Assembly (NCBI GenBank): GCA_002269645.1
Contig: NIVC01001112.1
Location: 124,001-188,000 of the forward strand
Source of the DNA: Macrostomum lignano
Taxonomy: Eukaryota
DNA: 64,000 bases
Direction: 5' to 3'
Part shown: positions 1 to 63,729 of the stretch, in pieces
Layout: every line of letters begins with the position of its first letter
Position numbering within the stretch: position 1 is the stretch's first letter
Notes under the pieces: model-generated
Database searches by the model: none
Told to the model about the DNA's origin: nothing
What the model saw: only the letters and a program-made list of their open reading frames with translations
Made by a program: the position numbers and the translations under genes

Positions 1-2342
1 TTTTCTCCAAAAGTGTCCGGTACTGACAGTCAATCCGGTTTTTTCGAAACTTTATTCGATTCCTGTCCGAGTCTTCGTAGTAGGCGATTCCGCTGTCTTC
101 TATACAGACCTTCGAGTTGCGACTGACGTACCTGTATTTGTTGGCGTGATGACGATAAGGACTGTTTTTGGCCATAAAAGTTTGAGTTTTATAAAGAATA
201 AAGTGTTAAAGTATAAATCGCAAAGTTTTACATGTAGTTGATCTAATTTATTTTATTCTATGCTAGCTTAGATGGTAAAAGGTAAAATACTGTAAATTAC
301 TCATTTATTGAAACGATCCTCTGCAACTTTGGCTTTTGGCTTTAAAATGAGTCATGACAACGGATTATCGTTTGATTTCGATCACAAAATTCTATCAAGT
401 TTTAGTTCAAAGGAGTTTTATCTTACAGTTCAAGTTTAACAAATGCTTGGAATCGTAGATGCCTTTTGAATTCAAATACATTTGTTAGTCTATCGGAAAC
501 TGAATAGAAGTTGAATTTTTCTAAAGAAAACTCATGGATTAATGAATCCCTTCAATTTTCAACAACTCACAAAATCACTATAGCCCGTTTCCATGGTAAC
601 ATTTGAATCCTGTGTTGATGACTGCAAGCTTATAAAGGATGCCCACTGGCTGACTCCAGATTGAAAAATTAGCCGCCTATTGTCGTCAGTGAAGCAAATA
701 AAATGAAAACTGTCAATCTATATTTAGTGAAATTTGATTCGTTTGCTACAGTAACTTTTAGCTTTTGGAGACGAGTTTTGTTTCATAACTCATTTTAAAC
801 AAAAGAAAACGACTGCATTTGTGACGGAACATTTTTTCTTAAATAACTACCGATTTGCGCAATATACGAGTGCAGATGACCTCAAGCCAGCCGGCCAACT
901 CACGCTGATATCTGTGCTATCTAAGTACTCGTAGAATAAAATGATCTCCTTTGAGCTAAAGAAAGAAGGGCACGTTTTTCTAAAGGACTTATACATGTAC
1001 AATGTGACTTTGTAAATGATATTGCGGGAACCCTCGCGCTACGGCTTTGGCCGTGACATCGCTCAACTAAACCAGCGCTGAGACAATACTGCCCATTCCA
1101 CTGACTCTTGAGCACTTGCAAGCGCGCGGTACCTGTATGCAGGTACGCAATCAAGCATGTACACTCCGTGACCTGGGTGTTGGCCCTGATGAGTGTGACT
1201 CGAACGACAACCGCTCGTGCACAATACCCAAATTAGTATAACCGTGTACCTACGTACAACCAAACTTAGAGTCATGGTGCCAGAGTCAGACACGTTAGCT
1301 GCTCTGCTTTTGAGGTGAATCCTCTAGCCTAAGTTTTAACATGCCTGAAAAATAAACAGACGTAGTAACTCACCTGTGCTTAACCATTTGAAAGTCCACA
1401 TAGGAATGGACACCAGGCGACAGATTGATATAGTCCCTAGGATAGTGGTCCTTATCCCCGTAGAATAGAATCGCTCCGCCAGATTTCGACACGTCGTATT
1501 CGCCTTCAAATGTGACGCCAGCAGTCAGCATGCGGTAGACCTCCATGCTGTACGGATGCGTCACGACTGGGTTGGTGTCCGTGAACAGAACCTTGTGAAA
1601 AAAAGCAGACAAGTTGAAGGGGAATATGATTTTAAACGACGGAATGCAGCCCGAAGTATATACCTCCGAGCTTCAGTGTCTGAAATATTAAAATGTTAGA
1701 ATTGTTCCCAAGAATTGACTTTGACGGGAACCTCACCAGCTCAAGTTGAAACTCAGCCACATCTCTGGTCGCATTCAACAGCGCCTCAGACGGTTGAAAT
1801 CGGAAACAATTGCCAAACTGGCTGTCCCAGAAATTCTGAAAGTTCGCGTAGCTGCACTCTTGGCCCTTGTAGCGGCACCGGACAATGAAGTATTCGCGTC
1901 GATGGCCGAGGTACCGCAGCAGCAGGGAAGAATCGAACATGTCCCGAGACACCTGCATGAGGATGTCGGTGTTGTAGCCAAATCCGTGACTTTCAACTAC
2001 GCTCTGAGTCGAATAGGCCTCCGACAGCAGTCGCATGTACACATCGTAGTGCTTAGTGACCGTTTCATAATAGTTTGTTGACGATATGGGACTAACATTG
2101 CAGACGGTGATGTCCGGGGTCTCGAACGGTATCGCTCCGGGGCTGATGTTGGCTGACACCGGCGTGCTGAGGTAGTTAGTGATCAGCAGTGTTATGTGGT
2201 AGCTGAATCCCCCAAAGCTGGTCAATAGAAAGGCCAACCACATGCATTTGATCGGGAATGACTGCGAAGGATGCAGTCGACTGAAGCCATGAGCTGTTGT
2301 GGATGAGATGAACTCGCTAATTGATTTGGTGCTCAGCTCCAT
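1..2342 (-). CDS. DEG/ENaC (amiloride-sensitive sodium channel family) subunit, 5' part; exons 1737-2342, 1374-1591, <=1-131; continues beyond left edge
   Basis: N-terminal F-x3-TTAHG (HG motif), TM1 CMWLAFLLTSFGGFSYHITLLI, PDITVCN, CRYKGQEC...DSQFGNCFRF, GAIL...INLSPG. Splice sites: CTG|GTGAGG (1736), CACAAG|GTT (1591), AG|GTGAGT (1373), ATACAG|G (131). Phases 0 and 2 are consistent. Exon 3 (not in the ORF track) reads RYVSRNSKVCIEDSGIAYY...IDCQYRTLLEK, matching the Cys-rich domain. An in-frame TGA lies just upstream of the ATG. Confidence 0.92.
587..600. promoter_or_regulatory. X-box (RFX/DAF-19-type) motif GTTTCCATGGTAAC in ENaC intron 2
   Basis: Exact match to the GTHNYY-AT-RRNAAC consensus. 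Function not demonstrated. Confidence 0.4.
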
Positions 2343-2728
2343 CGTGGATCAACTGATTCAGAATCGGTGCTCTAGGAGAAGAGTTCTTGCTCCTCCAGCT
2401 TCCCATATCTGGCTTTTAGAAATAGCCCTGAGTAACAAAGTATAGAGCCAGCCAATAGCGATGGCCGATGTGTCCCAACTCCCCAGTCAGCGAAAATTGC
2501 AGCCTCACAAAAACGCATCACTTCACAAACACTAACAATCAGGCAGGCAATCCGACAAACAATCCCTGATCAGCGCTTTGATCAGCGCGAGCAATTAGCA
2601 GTATCCGATCCCAGTAGCCACTGCAATGATTTTCTTTTAATTATTACAATAGTTATAAGAAATGATTAGGTGATCTTGTCAGACACAAAGATCGTAACTG
2701 GAAACCGGAACAAAACCGGAACCGGTCC

Positions 2729-2996
2729 ATGCTTTCTCTTTCGTCGCCACAGTGAGCATTTAATTAGATTTAGGGACCCTGTGGCACTAACTACTTATTA
2801 ATTAGTTGTTATTAATAATAATGACAATAAAAATAATTATATTCGCAGCAGGGTTGTCGGCTCAGTTGGCGCAAAGCTTCAGCGACATCGTCTTACACCC
2901 AGCGCACTGAAGCAATTCCTGAAGCAGTCAGAGATGACGCAGACACTTGTGGTCGACGTGCTGATGAAATTTGGAGGCTTGGCAAGGCCGCGCTGA
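2729..2996 (+). CDS. Candidate 56-aa two-exon micro-ORF (2729-2751, 2849-2996), divergent from ENaC
   Basis: ATG 2729, donor CA|GTGAGC, AT-rich 97-nt intron, acceptor TTCGCAG|C in matching phase 2, giving MLSLSSPHRVVGSVGAKLQRHRLTPSALKQFLKQSEMTQTLVVDVLMKFGGLARPR*. No homology recognised. Confidence 0.25.
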
Positions 2997-4610
2997 GGCG
3001 CAGTGCTGATTAGAACAGAAGTTGATGCACCGATTACACTAGCGTTTAAGGGAAAAATCCGACCTTCTGGCAGAATTTTTAAAAATCTCGACGATCCGTA
3101 GTGCATTCGACTTGACTCTTGTTTGAGAAGGTGTGCAACAAAAGTTAGTCTAATTTTTTCATTTCGTGTGCCTGCGCTGTTCCGTCCCGGTGCAGAAAAA
3201 AAATTGTCAGGGGGTGGGAACTTCCCCCGGCCCTTGTTAGTTCAACTCTGAAGCCAACAGCAGTCGCAATGCTTGCTCACCAAACAGTTTGCCGTCACAG
3301 AAGTCACATAGTTTTGTGTTAGAACGGTTCATTGCGCACGTACTGAAATCGGACCTTAGCTAACAAATAGCATGCATTCCTAGTTAACAAAGCTCCACAG
3401 GTTGGGTACAAGAGAAAATTGATTGTGGACATTGTTGGGGAACAGCCTTAAGTTACTTGGGCAGGGGTTTCCTTGGGCATGCTGATTGCCAACAGCTAAC
3501 TGGGCTTGTATTGTTAGTATATCAGGACTGTAATAAACCGTTACGTGCGATGCACAGCTAATGCATGAGCTCACTGACTGATCTCAGAGCTGAACCCATC
3601 CTAACTGGGCGGTTTTGCAGAGCCGAGCTTTTTCATCACTTGATCAAATGCTCTGACCCACTGCAAATCTGGCTATTGTATACCCCATCATAACTCTTAA
3701 ATATTAATTTCATGCCCAAATAGCTTTATTAAGGACTTAAAATAGTTTTAATCGCAGCCTGCATTAAGCGATCTCTCAGTATACCCTGTAAAAACATCAA
3801 GGAATTAAGCGGGATGCTTCAAGCCCACGCGTATGACAGATTTTGATAACGATGGCCATTGTCAGTTGAATATTTTTAATTCAGCTAAGGCCGGCGCCCC
3901 GTCCAGCGTTTTAATTAAGCTAAAAATTTGGCAGGTAAAAGACCGACAGGCAGCAGATCAAAGGGACTTTGAATAACAACGTGGTACAGGACTGGCAAAT
4001 ATGAGACATTAAAACTTGCAACTGGCATTTATTTAATGTATAAATGTACATCCAACTTGACAACATTAATCAAAACAGGTAGCATAGTTGACTAAATGAT
4101 AAAAATAACAAATTCTCTCTATCTCACACGCTGTTTTTCGCGCTCAAAAAAATTTCTATTTTACAATGATGCCACATTTTACGTATTTGGTGGTACTGTC
4201 AGTAGCACAGATCACAAAGCGAACAGAAGCAGTATAGCTGATGAACAGTTCCTGCTTAGCACAGAAGGCAAAAACAAAGCTCAGACAAACAGGGTTCGGT
4301 ATTTCAACAGACGCTTACATAACAGCAGGTAAAAAAACGAGAGAAAGTAACTATAAACAGAAAAGTGCACGGAGCAACACACAGGGAATCAGAATGATCG
4401 GCGAGTGGCACAACCGTTTGTTTGGTTTTTGTAAATTGAACTGATAAAAATTTTGGACATTGATTGACCCAGAGTTACCATTGACATCCTGCCACTAGAA
4501 TTGGATAGGCAGTAAAAAGTTCTTTCTAAGTCATTTACAAGCTTTACAATAAGGGACACATTTTTTATTAATAAGTGCACCCGAATGCACGTACGAGTAT
4601 GTTATTTTCC

Positions 4611-5540
4611 TTGGTTGATGGGCGCCCATGTCTCTTGGTGGGCGCCCCTGTCTCTTGGTGGGCGCCCCTGTCTCTTGGTGGGCGCCCCTGTCTCTTGATG
4701 GGCGCCCCTGTCTCTTGGTGGGCGCCCATGTCTCTTGATGGCGCCTCTATCTCTTGGTGGGCGCCCATATCTCTTGGTGGGCGCCCCTGTCTCATGGTGG
4801 GCGCCCCTGTCTCTTGGTGGGCGCACCTGTCTCTTAGTGAGCGCCCCTATTTCTTGGTGGGCGCCCCTGTCTCTTGATGGGCGCCCCTGTCTCTTGGTGG
4901 GCGCACCTGTCTCTTGGTGGGCGCCCCTATCTCTTGGTGGGCGCCCCTGTCTCTTGGTGGGCGCGCCTGTCTCTTGGTGGGCGCCCCTGTCTCTTGATGG
5001 GCGCCCCTGTCTCTTGGTGGGCGCCCATGTCTCTTGATGGCGCCTCTATCTCTTGGTGGGCGCCAATATCTCTTGGTGGGCGCCCCTGTCTCATGGTGGG
5101 CGCCCCTGTCTCTTGGTGGGCGCACCTGTCTCTTAGTGAGCGCCCCTATCTCTTGGTGGGCGCCCCTGTCTCTTGATGGGCGCCCCTGTCTCTTGGTGGG
5201 CGCACCTGTCTCTTGGTGGGCGCCCCTATCTCTTGGTGGGCGCCCCTGTCTCTTGGTGGGCGCCCCTGTCTCTTGGTGGGCGCCCCTGTCTCTTGATGGG
5301 CGCCCCTGTCTCTTGGTGGGCGCCCATGTCTCTTGATGGCGCCTCTATCTCTTGGTGGCGCCCATATCTCTTGGTGGGCGCCCCTGTCTCATGGTGGGCG
5401 CCCCTGTCTCTTGGTGGGCGCACCTGTCTCTTAGTGAGCGCCCCTATCTCTTGGTGGGCGCCCCTGTCTCTTGGTGGGCGCCCCTGCCTCTTGGTGGGCG
5501 CCCCTGTCTCTTGGTGGTCGCCCCTGTCTCTTGGTTTGCG
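4611..5540. repeat. GC-rich minisatellite, 20-bp unit GGCGCCCCTGTCTCTTGGTG, with 299-bp higher-order repeat
   Basis: GGCGCC recurs at 4621/4641/4661. Variant pattern recurs every 299 bp (15 units minus 1 nt), e.g. ORF starts 4575/4874/5173. Confidence 0.97.
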
Positions 5541-6100
5541 TCTCCTTACCTTACTAGGCATTCATATGCCCTGTCCAAGAAGTATTTAAGTGTTGCAGCT
5601 CATGCGATACATTCAGCTTGTAGACCTTTTTCTTATCTTTTTGTAGGGGCTGAGTGGGTGGTTGTCGGCACCCGAGTACGCCACTGGCACAGGTTAAAAG
5701 CGTTCTCCGTTGTAAGTCCCCCATGGGTAAAAACTTTAGGTTCATGTATAGGCATGGTTCATATTGCATCTTAAAGAGATCCATGAAGTAAACATGGCAA
5801 TCCAGTTTCAGAAACTCACAAGGGCTGTAAAGCTCGTTAGCTTCTGGAGGGGTTCAGTGTAGATGAAAATTACAAGGATGGAGATACGCGAGCCGCTGTA
5901 CGCTTATACGAGCGTAATTGTCTCCTATAGACTTAACCATATCACAAGACAAAAGCGGAAATGAAAAATCACAAAAAGAACCAACTGAAAAGCATTTTTG
6001 AGATCAGATTGATAATACAGTTTCGACAGAGTGTTACTTGGTTCAGTATCCAAGGAATCGCTGTATCAATTGACCAGCTGCCTGGGTCGGGGCCTCGGTT

Positions 6101-32825
<26,725 letters not shown>

Positions 32826-33339
32826 AATATCCTTAAGCTGGGAAGCCGATGTTCGACTTAGGACAACAAATTTTGAAAAAAAATTTAAATTATCAAAGGG
32901 GGGGATATTTTTCTAGGCAAAACTCAGCCTTCGTTGCTTCATTGTCTGGTTCGACGAGCTTCACAATGCCTACCGCGTGTGTTTGTGTGTGTTTTTTTGT
33001 TAAATTTGCGACTGGGCTTTTTGTTCCTGTTTCCTTTTGTTCTCTTCTACTATAGGCTGGCTTTGTGGCTGCTTCTGTCCTGCCTTTCACCAGCTATTGA
33101 AATGTTTCTATCAGTGGCTTGCCGACAGAGTCGGGGGGACAGCTGGCCCCGTGCTGGTACTTAACCCCCCCCCCCTGCCCAACTCCTCCTTGGCTCAAGG
33201 CGCCTCCCTCTCGCTCTTCGCTGATTGGCTGCCGGCCGTCTGGTTTGCCTCCAGCTGCTTGGTTAAACTCAGTTCACTAATCCTGCTTATCCTCCCATCA
33301 GTGTCTTCCTAATTCGCTAATTGTTCTCTGCTTGGGAGT

Positions 33340-33391
33340 TCTGTCTCCCCGTCTGTCTGTCTTAGTGTCTGTCTGTCTTAGTGTCTGTCTT

Positions 33392-33474
<83 letters not shown>

Positions 33475-33505
33475 GCTCTGTCTGTCTGTCTGTCTGTCTG
33501 TCTGC

Positions 33506-33576
<71 letters not shown>

Positions 33577-33607
33577 GCTCTGTCTGTCTGTCTGTCTGTC
33601 TGTCTGC

Positions 33608-33658
<51 letters not shown>

Positions 33659-33671
33659 TAGTGTCTGTCTT

Positions 33672-33702
<31 letters not shown>

Positions 33703-33729
33703 GCTCTGTCTGTCTGTCTGTCTGTCTGC

Positions 33730-33772
<43 letters not shown>

Positions 33773-33774
33773 GC

Positions 33775-33821
<47 letters not shown>

Positions 33822-33834
33822 TAGTGTCTGTCTT

Positions 33835-33893
<59 letters not shown>

Positions 33894-33896
33894 GCC

Positions 33897-33992
<96 letters not shown>

Positions 33993-34018
33993 GTAGTGTC
34001 TGTCTTAGTGTCTGTCTT

Positions 34019-34065
<47 letters not shown>

Positions 34066-34078
34066 TAGTGTCTGTCTT

Positions 34079-34145
<67 letters not shown>

Positions 34146-34185
34146 TAGTGTCTGTCTTAGTGTCTGTCTGTCTGTCTGTCTTATG
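33340..34185. repeat. (TCTG)n microsatellite with TTAGTG interruptions
   Basis: Direct inspection. Reverse complement of the 24220-25153 array, including its interruption motif. Confidence 0.99.
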
Positions 34186-34771
34186 TCTCAGTCTTAGTCC
34201 TAGTGCCTTGTCAGAGTCTGTATTAAGCTGTTTGTCATTCAGTTATTATTTAAAGTTTTTAATGAGAAATCGGAGTATTTTTATTAATTCAACCTGTGAA
34301 AGATTTTTGTGACGACTAATTTTTATTTTAACTAGCCACTGTTCTGCACTTTGCTTGAAAAAATCCAAGTCTCAGCAAACCATGCAGTTTATACTGTTCA
34401 AGCCAGAAAGGTGAAGCAACAAGGTTTAAATTCAGCTTTACAGCCGCCCCCACCCCCACCCAAATGTAGTATAAATTTCTTTCCTCTATTTCTTTAGCCA
34501 AAGGCAAGCAGCCTAGAAAATTGAGTCAGAAATCCTGCAAGAGAACCGCCAGCTAATGCTCTGTCAGGGGGTCCGAAATGTGAAAACAATCCGCCCTGCG
34601 GAGCGGGGGACGAGGAGCCGTTCGTTGAGGAAATTGATTTAACTGAAACTACCGACTGACGAGACCGGATATTGAGGTCGAGTGAATTCTCCGGTTTAAC
34701 TGCAGCCTACGGAATTTCTACACAAGTACGACTGGCGAACCCCTGACCCTGCGAATCCGGCTTGTGCCAGA

Positions 34772-36640
<1,869 letters not shown>

Positions 36641-38699
36641 ATCAGACAGCACTCAGGATGGGACAGTGACAGGGGGCTTTAGCAACGGAAAAAGTATTAG
36701 CGCAGGGTGCAGTGGACTGCGGCCTTGATTGTGGAGAGACAGAGACGCAGAAGGCTAAGCCGGGGTGGCAGCGCAGCTGGAAAAAGTCTGACTGAAGCAC
36801 CTTGGACAAGGCCGTGACAAGAAGCCGGTGGTGGCAGCGGCTACCCATCCGTCTTTCTGGCCGCTCCAGTGGTGCAACGCCCATCATGCCTCTCATTCGT
36901 TGTGACCCTCTCCAGGCGCGCCCGTCCTTCACTTTATTTTCCTCGGCCGATCAAGTTGCCTCAAAGTGTATATATTCAGTTATATAGTGTGCAGACATAT
37001 TTGGATATACTTTTTATACTTTATATTATTTCAGCTCCCTTAATGCCACGCTCACAGATGTGGCACTTGTGCATGAACAGTTGGTCTTTAGCTGCAGGCT
37101 CGGTATTGCTAGAGCGAGAGGGCGAATGGAGGGAGTAAGATAAAAAGAGAAACGTGACTGCCCGGCCCCTAGGAAACTGCATGGGAGAGAAGGGTCTGGG
37201 GGGGGGAGAGACATGGTCCAGAATGCTTAATCGCTTCCTGCTGCGATCGGCGGCACATGCCGACGATGCCAAAACCCGGCCGGCAGCGCTGGCCTCTCGG
37301 CAGAGCCATTTCTTCTCCATGCAGTAGCGCCTCCAATGCCTCCAGAGAAGAAGTTGGCTGCAATCGAGGCGCGCTGTTAGCTGGGCTGCCTCAACCGATG
37401 AACCGAGAAACAGGCCGGGGGAGCTGCTATCGCATTGCTGTGCGGAAATGAAACTTCCTGGAATGGGGAAGTTTAATGAATTAATATGAGGGTGAGAGTC
37501 GAAAAAAGCTTCTGGTGAAAGTTTTTCTTCGATTCCTTTAGCAACACTGCCAATGTAGCGAATTCTCAGAAGAAAAGTTTTGAAAATATAGAAATTTCAG
37601 CATTTTCGGCACCTTTTATCGATCACACACGCACCGATCAACATTCACGACATGCTCAAAGAAGTCCTAAAAAATAATTTTTTGGTGTAAATTAGTATTA
37701 TGATTATAGTGAGTTTGCTCGGTCAAATTTTTAGTTTCATTTAAGTATACACACTGTCCGGCTTCATCCGTTGCTACACTCATTTTAGTTGATTTGGAAA
37801 GTTTTGCAATGATTTATTTTCCATTTTTTCAATTTTTTATTTCTTATGTTTTCTAGCATTACATGTAATTTGGCATAAAACGTTTTAACGAGCTAGTGAT
37901 ATTGAAAATGTCTGATGTTGGAAAGATTAGCGAACGATTGGGTAAATCTCAAATTGAAATATACGTAAGTTATAAACAAATTTTTTCTTTCAGCATGAAT
38001 TTAATTGTTAAACCAGAAGTATTTGTACATAAATTTAACTTTTATTTATAAAAAACTGATTGAAAAATGTGTCTTTAAACTTTTAGCCAGAGCTTATGCT
38101 TTTATCGTGGCGATAGCGACCGAAAACGTATTTTTCTGACTTGTACTTTAAGTACGTTTTTTTGTTTCATAACGCTCTTTTGTGTACGTGTACTATTTTT
38201 GTCTATGGGACAATGACTGAAAATATAGGGGAAAACCTTTATCTGTGAGCTTGTGGATATTTTACGGCTGTGTTTTCAATATTTATGAACTTATTTAGCC
38301 CTGTCTTAATTGCATGACACTTGTCTACTGTTGAAAAATTCCTGTAAGGTGTAGGTTTTCTGATAAACAACGCCAAACATTTTGATCTTTAGTGATTCAT
38401 TCTTTCAGAGACATTTTAAATATTGTTATTTTGTTTTATCTGCGACTGTCAATGCATTGTTACTTACTTATGCCTATTGATGTTACATTTTGACTTTTTT
38501 CATGAGCACAAAATTTCCTGTAAGGTGTAAGTTTACTCAGCTCATAAGCATGTAAATGTTCCCAAAACTTGTTATTATGTAGAAAAATACTAAACAAAGA
38601 GTAGTTTTTTATTGCATGTTCTTGTGATTTTACTAAAGAAGTATAGACCTTATTAAGTTCATTATATGGGTTTTTACCATTTATAGCCAACTAACATAC

Positions 38700-38870
38700 T
38701 TAAGTAAGCAGTTTGTTTATTTTTGTATGAAAATCTTTGATGAATTCGCTTGTAATGATATTCAATTTTGATCTTATGTGTATATTTTGAGCTCTAATGT
38801 TTGGTAATCCATAGAAATATTCTAATTTGTTTTTGCCAATGTATTTAATATATTCCTCTAATGTTATCAT
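38700..38870 (-). pseudogene. Decayed Penelope-like retroelement reverse-transcriptase fragment
   Basis: ITLEEYIKYIGKNKLEYFYGLPNIRAQNIHIRSKLNIITSEFIKDFHTKINKLL resembles, from memory, the PLE RT motif FYGLPKIHK-x-N-x-P-x-RPI...S...L-x-K-x-L. It is followed by stop codons. Confidence 0.4.
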
Positions 38871-41241
38871 ATTTGAATGCCTATTTGGGCTAGCAAAAGA
38901 CAATAGGTATGGCAGGAACAGGAACCCTTAGAAACAGTTTGCATGGTTAGGAGAAAGCAAAAAGAATCCTGGTATTGCATACTTTTATTGTATTTAATGA
39001 CACCTTAGAAAGCCTTTTTACTCATAATTAGGAAGCACAATCTATCTACTTCTATTTGTATTTATATCTCAATATCTGTGTGTAGCAGTATATGTTTACC
39101 TTGCAATTTGAATGCCATATCTATTATTTCTATTTAGTCATTTTCAATTGTACTCTGCTATCTTGGTATTCATTTACAAAAATACAAAGTGAGAGTCTAT
39201 CTGTCTATTTGTAAATTTTGGCAATTTTCAATGTAGACATTCCTAAAATTACTAGTTCTTTTCTTTAAATTGATACCAGATAACATTAAGATGATAATAC
39301 CTCATTCTTATATGGTTTCTATTTTCTACAATACACAAATTTACTTCAAAATTCATTTCTTGTCTGGAATAAAAGTGGATATTGCATGATAATAGAATAT
39401 ATTTATATGTATCTCTATAGTACAGTGCAAGAAGGGAGTGTTGGCCATGATGGCATAGCAGTCATGAGGGTAGAAAGAATTGCTGGGCTGGGCCAATGCC
39501 AAATGCCACACATGCACATTGTTTCACATGTGCACTGTGTAGTTACAGTGTTGGGCATAAAAACTAACACATCTATGTAAGAGTTTGAAATCCTATATAC
39601 TGTATTTGTACTGTCAGTTGCATCTTATCCTGGCCTGTACATCTGTTGCTTTCTCTTAGCATACTGTATTACCTTTCTCTCAGCATATATATATATGTTT
39701 TAGTTTCCAGTTTAACATTTGCCATTTGCCATTTACATTTTTCTTAGTTTTCAGTGCCATATCTGCTTTATATAGTATTTTTCAGTCTGTAAGTTTTCTG
39801 TTTTGTTTTTTTTTGCCAGTATCTTTTTGGCTTTTATTTACTGTTGTACATTTTCCCAGTGTGAGTAACTGTACGCTTTTAATTTCATTGCATTTTTATG
39901 GTCTGCACTTCTTTATATAAGTCCAGTGCAGTTCAAGTATCTGTTTCAGTCTGTTTTTTCTTGCACATTTTAAAGTAGAAATGGGAAATATACATGCAAT
40001 TTTTTGTTTTGCTTTAATTTACAAACAAACATCTACATTCTACAGACGATATATTTGATCAGTGATGGAAACCTTAGTCAAAACTTCAAAAGTAAAATGT
40101 ATAAGTATATTTTTTAACTTCTAGCTTTTTAGCAGTATGAGAGAACAGCAGCTTCGAGTTCTTTGTCAAGAAATTAAGGGAAAGTATTGGTGTTATTTTT
40201 GTGGTATGGCTTGCAATTTGATAGTTGCAAAACTTGATTCAGTTGAATTAAAGAGACAAACGTGTAATTTAAAGAAAATTCAATACATTTGCTTAATTAA
40301 AATATGTTCAAGTTGAATACTAGATCCATGATCCATCGGTGTCAGTCTGAATATTACAGAATTTGTAGGTTTCGCCATATTAAATTTTAGTAAAGATAAA
40401 TAACCCAATTGGCATCGTTTCATTGCCATCAATAATAAACTCCGTTCGTTATCAGTCCGTCAACGGGATATGTTGTCGATATATATATAAAAAATGGTTT
40501 AGGTACCGTATATTCCGTTTATATTAAATCAGGCAGATTCTTAGCACGTTAAATTAAGTAACTATAAACAGCCTCAATTTATAACAAAATGTTTCTTAAA
40601 AACAAAGAATATTTTGTGTATACTACAAACCAATAGAAATTTAACTCTAAAAAAACAAAAACTACAATTTTGTATGTTAAATAAACAAACAGTTTATCTT
40701 CTGTATTAATCGTTGTCAGAATACCCTTCGAAAAAACAAACAGCATTCTTTCTTTAAATTCAGGCCTACTTGTGGTTTTAAGTAGAAAAATTATTATATT
40801 ATTGTTTAATCTTCAGAGGTAAAGCATTATTTTGCATGCCACAGAACTTTTATTTTTTGTCAATTTTTTTACTTCTGTGTTTGAGATTTACCCGATTAGA
40901 TAAGCCATAATGAACTTTTAAAACGGTCCTAAAACATCGTGTTTGGCATCAAAATAACAACATTACTATATAGAAAATTTCTGTTGTATTTTTAACGTTT
41001 GTAATGTGTAGTCATTATAATATTAAATCAAATAATTTTCTAAGTATGTTTTTCTTAGTCGCAGTATGCTAAAAAAATTATAACTACCAAAGCTACCAAA
41101 TTTAAACGGATCTTTTTAATTTCTTTGTCAAGCTGTCTATTGGTCTCCGATCTCACATCTGGCTCAGTTATAGATTTTAGAAACATTTTAAAATTTGTCA
41201 TTGTGAGGAATTAGAGTGAAATATGAATATATGATTTCGAT

Positions 41242-63729
<22,488 letters not shown>

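Noticed and set aside
540-960. ENaC-looking peptides SKEIILFYEYLDSTDISVSWP (about 900-950) and QSGVSQWAS (about 620-660) on the minus strand
   Set aside because: They would be out of domain order. The exon at 1-131 supplies the expected next Cys-rich segment in the correct phase, so these are treated as intron.
1345-1373. TTTTTCAG acceptor 29 nt after the ENaC exon-2 donor
   Set aside because: The intron would be only 29 nt and the spliced frame hits TAG within 5 codons.
2857-2872. tRNA A-box-like TCGGCTCAGTTGG
   Set aside because: No B-box or cloverleaf downstream.
37021-37320. HKCHICERG resembling the start of a C2H2 zinc finger
   Set aside because: No F/L/H-x3-H completion; the ORF ends 8 codons later.
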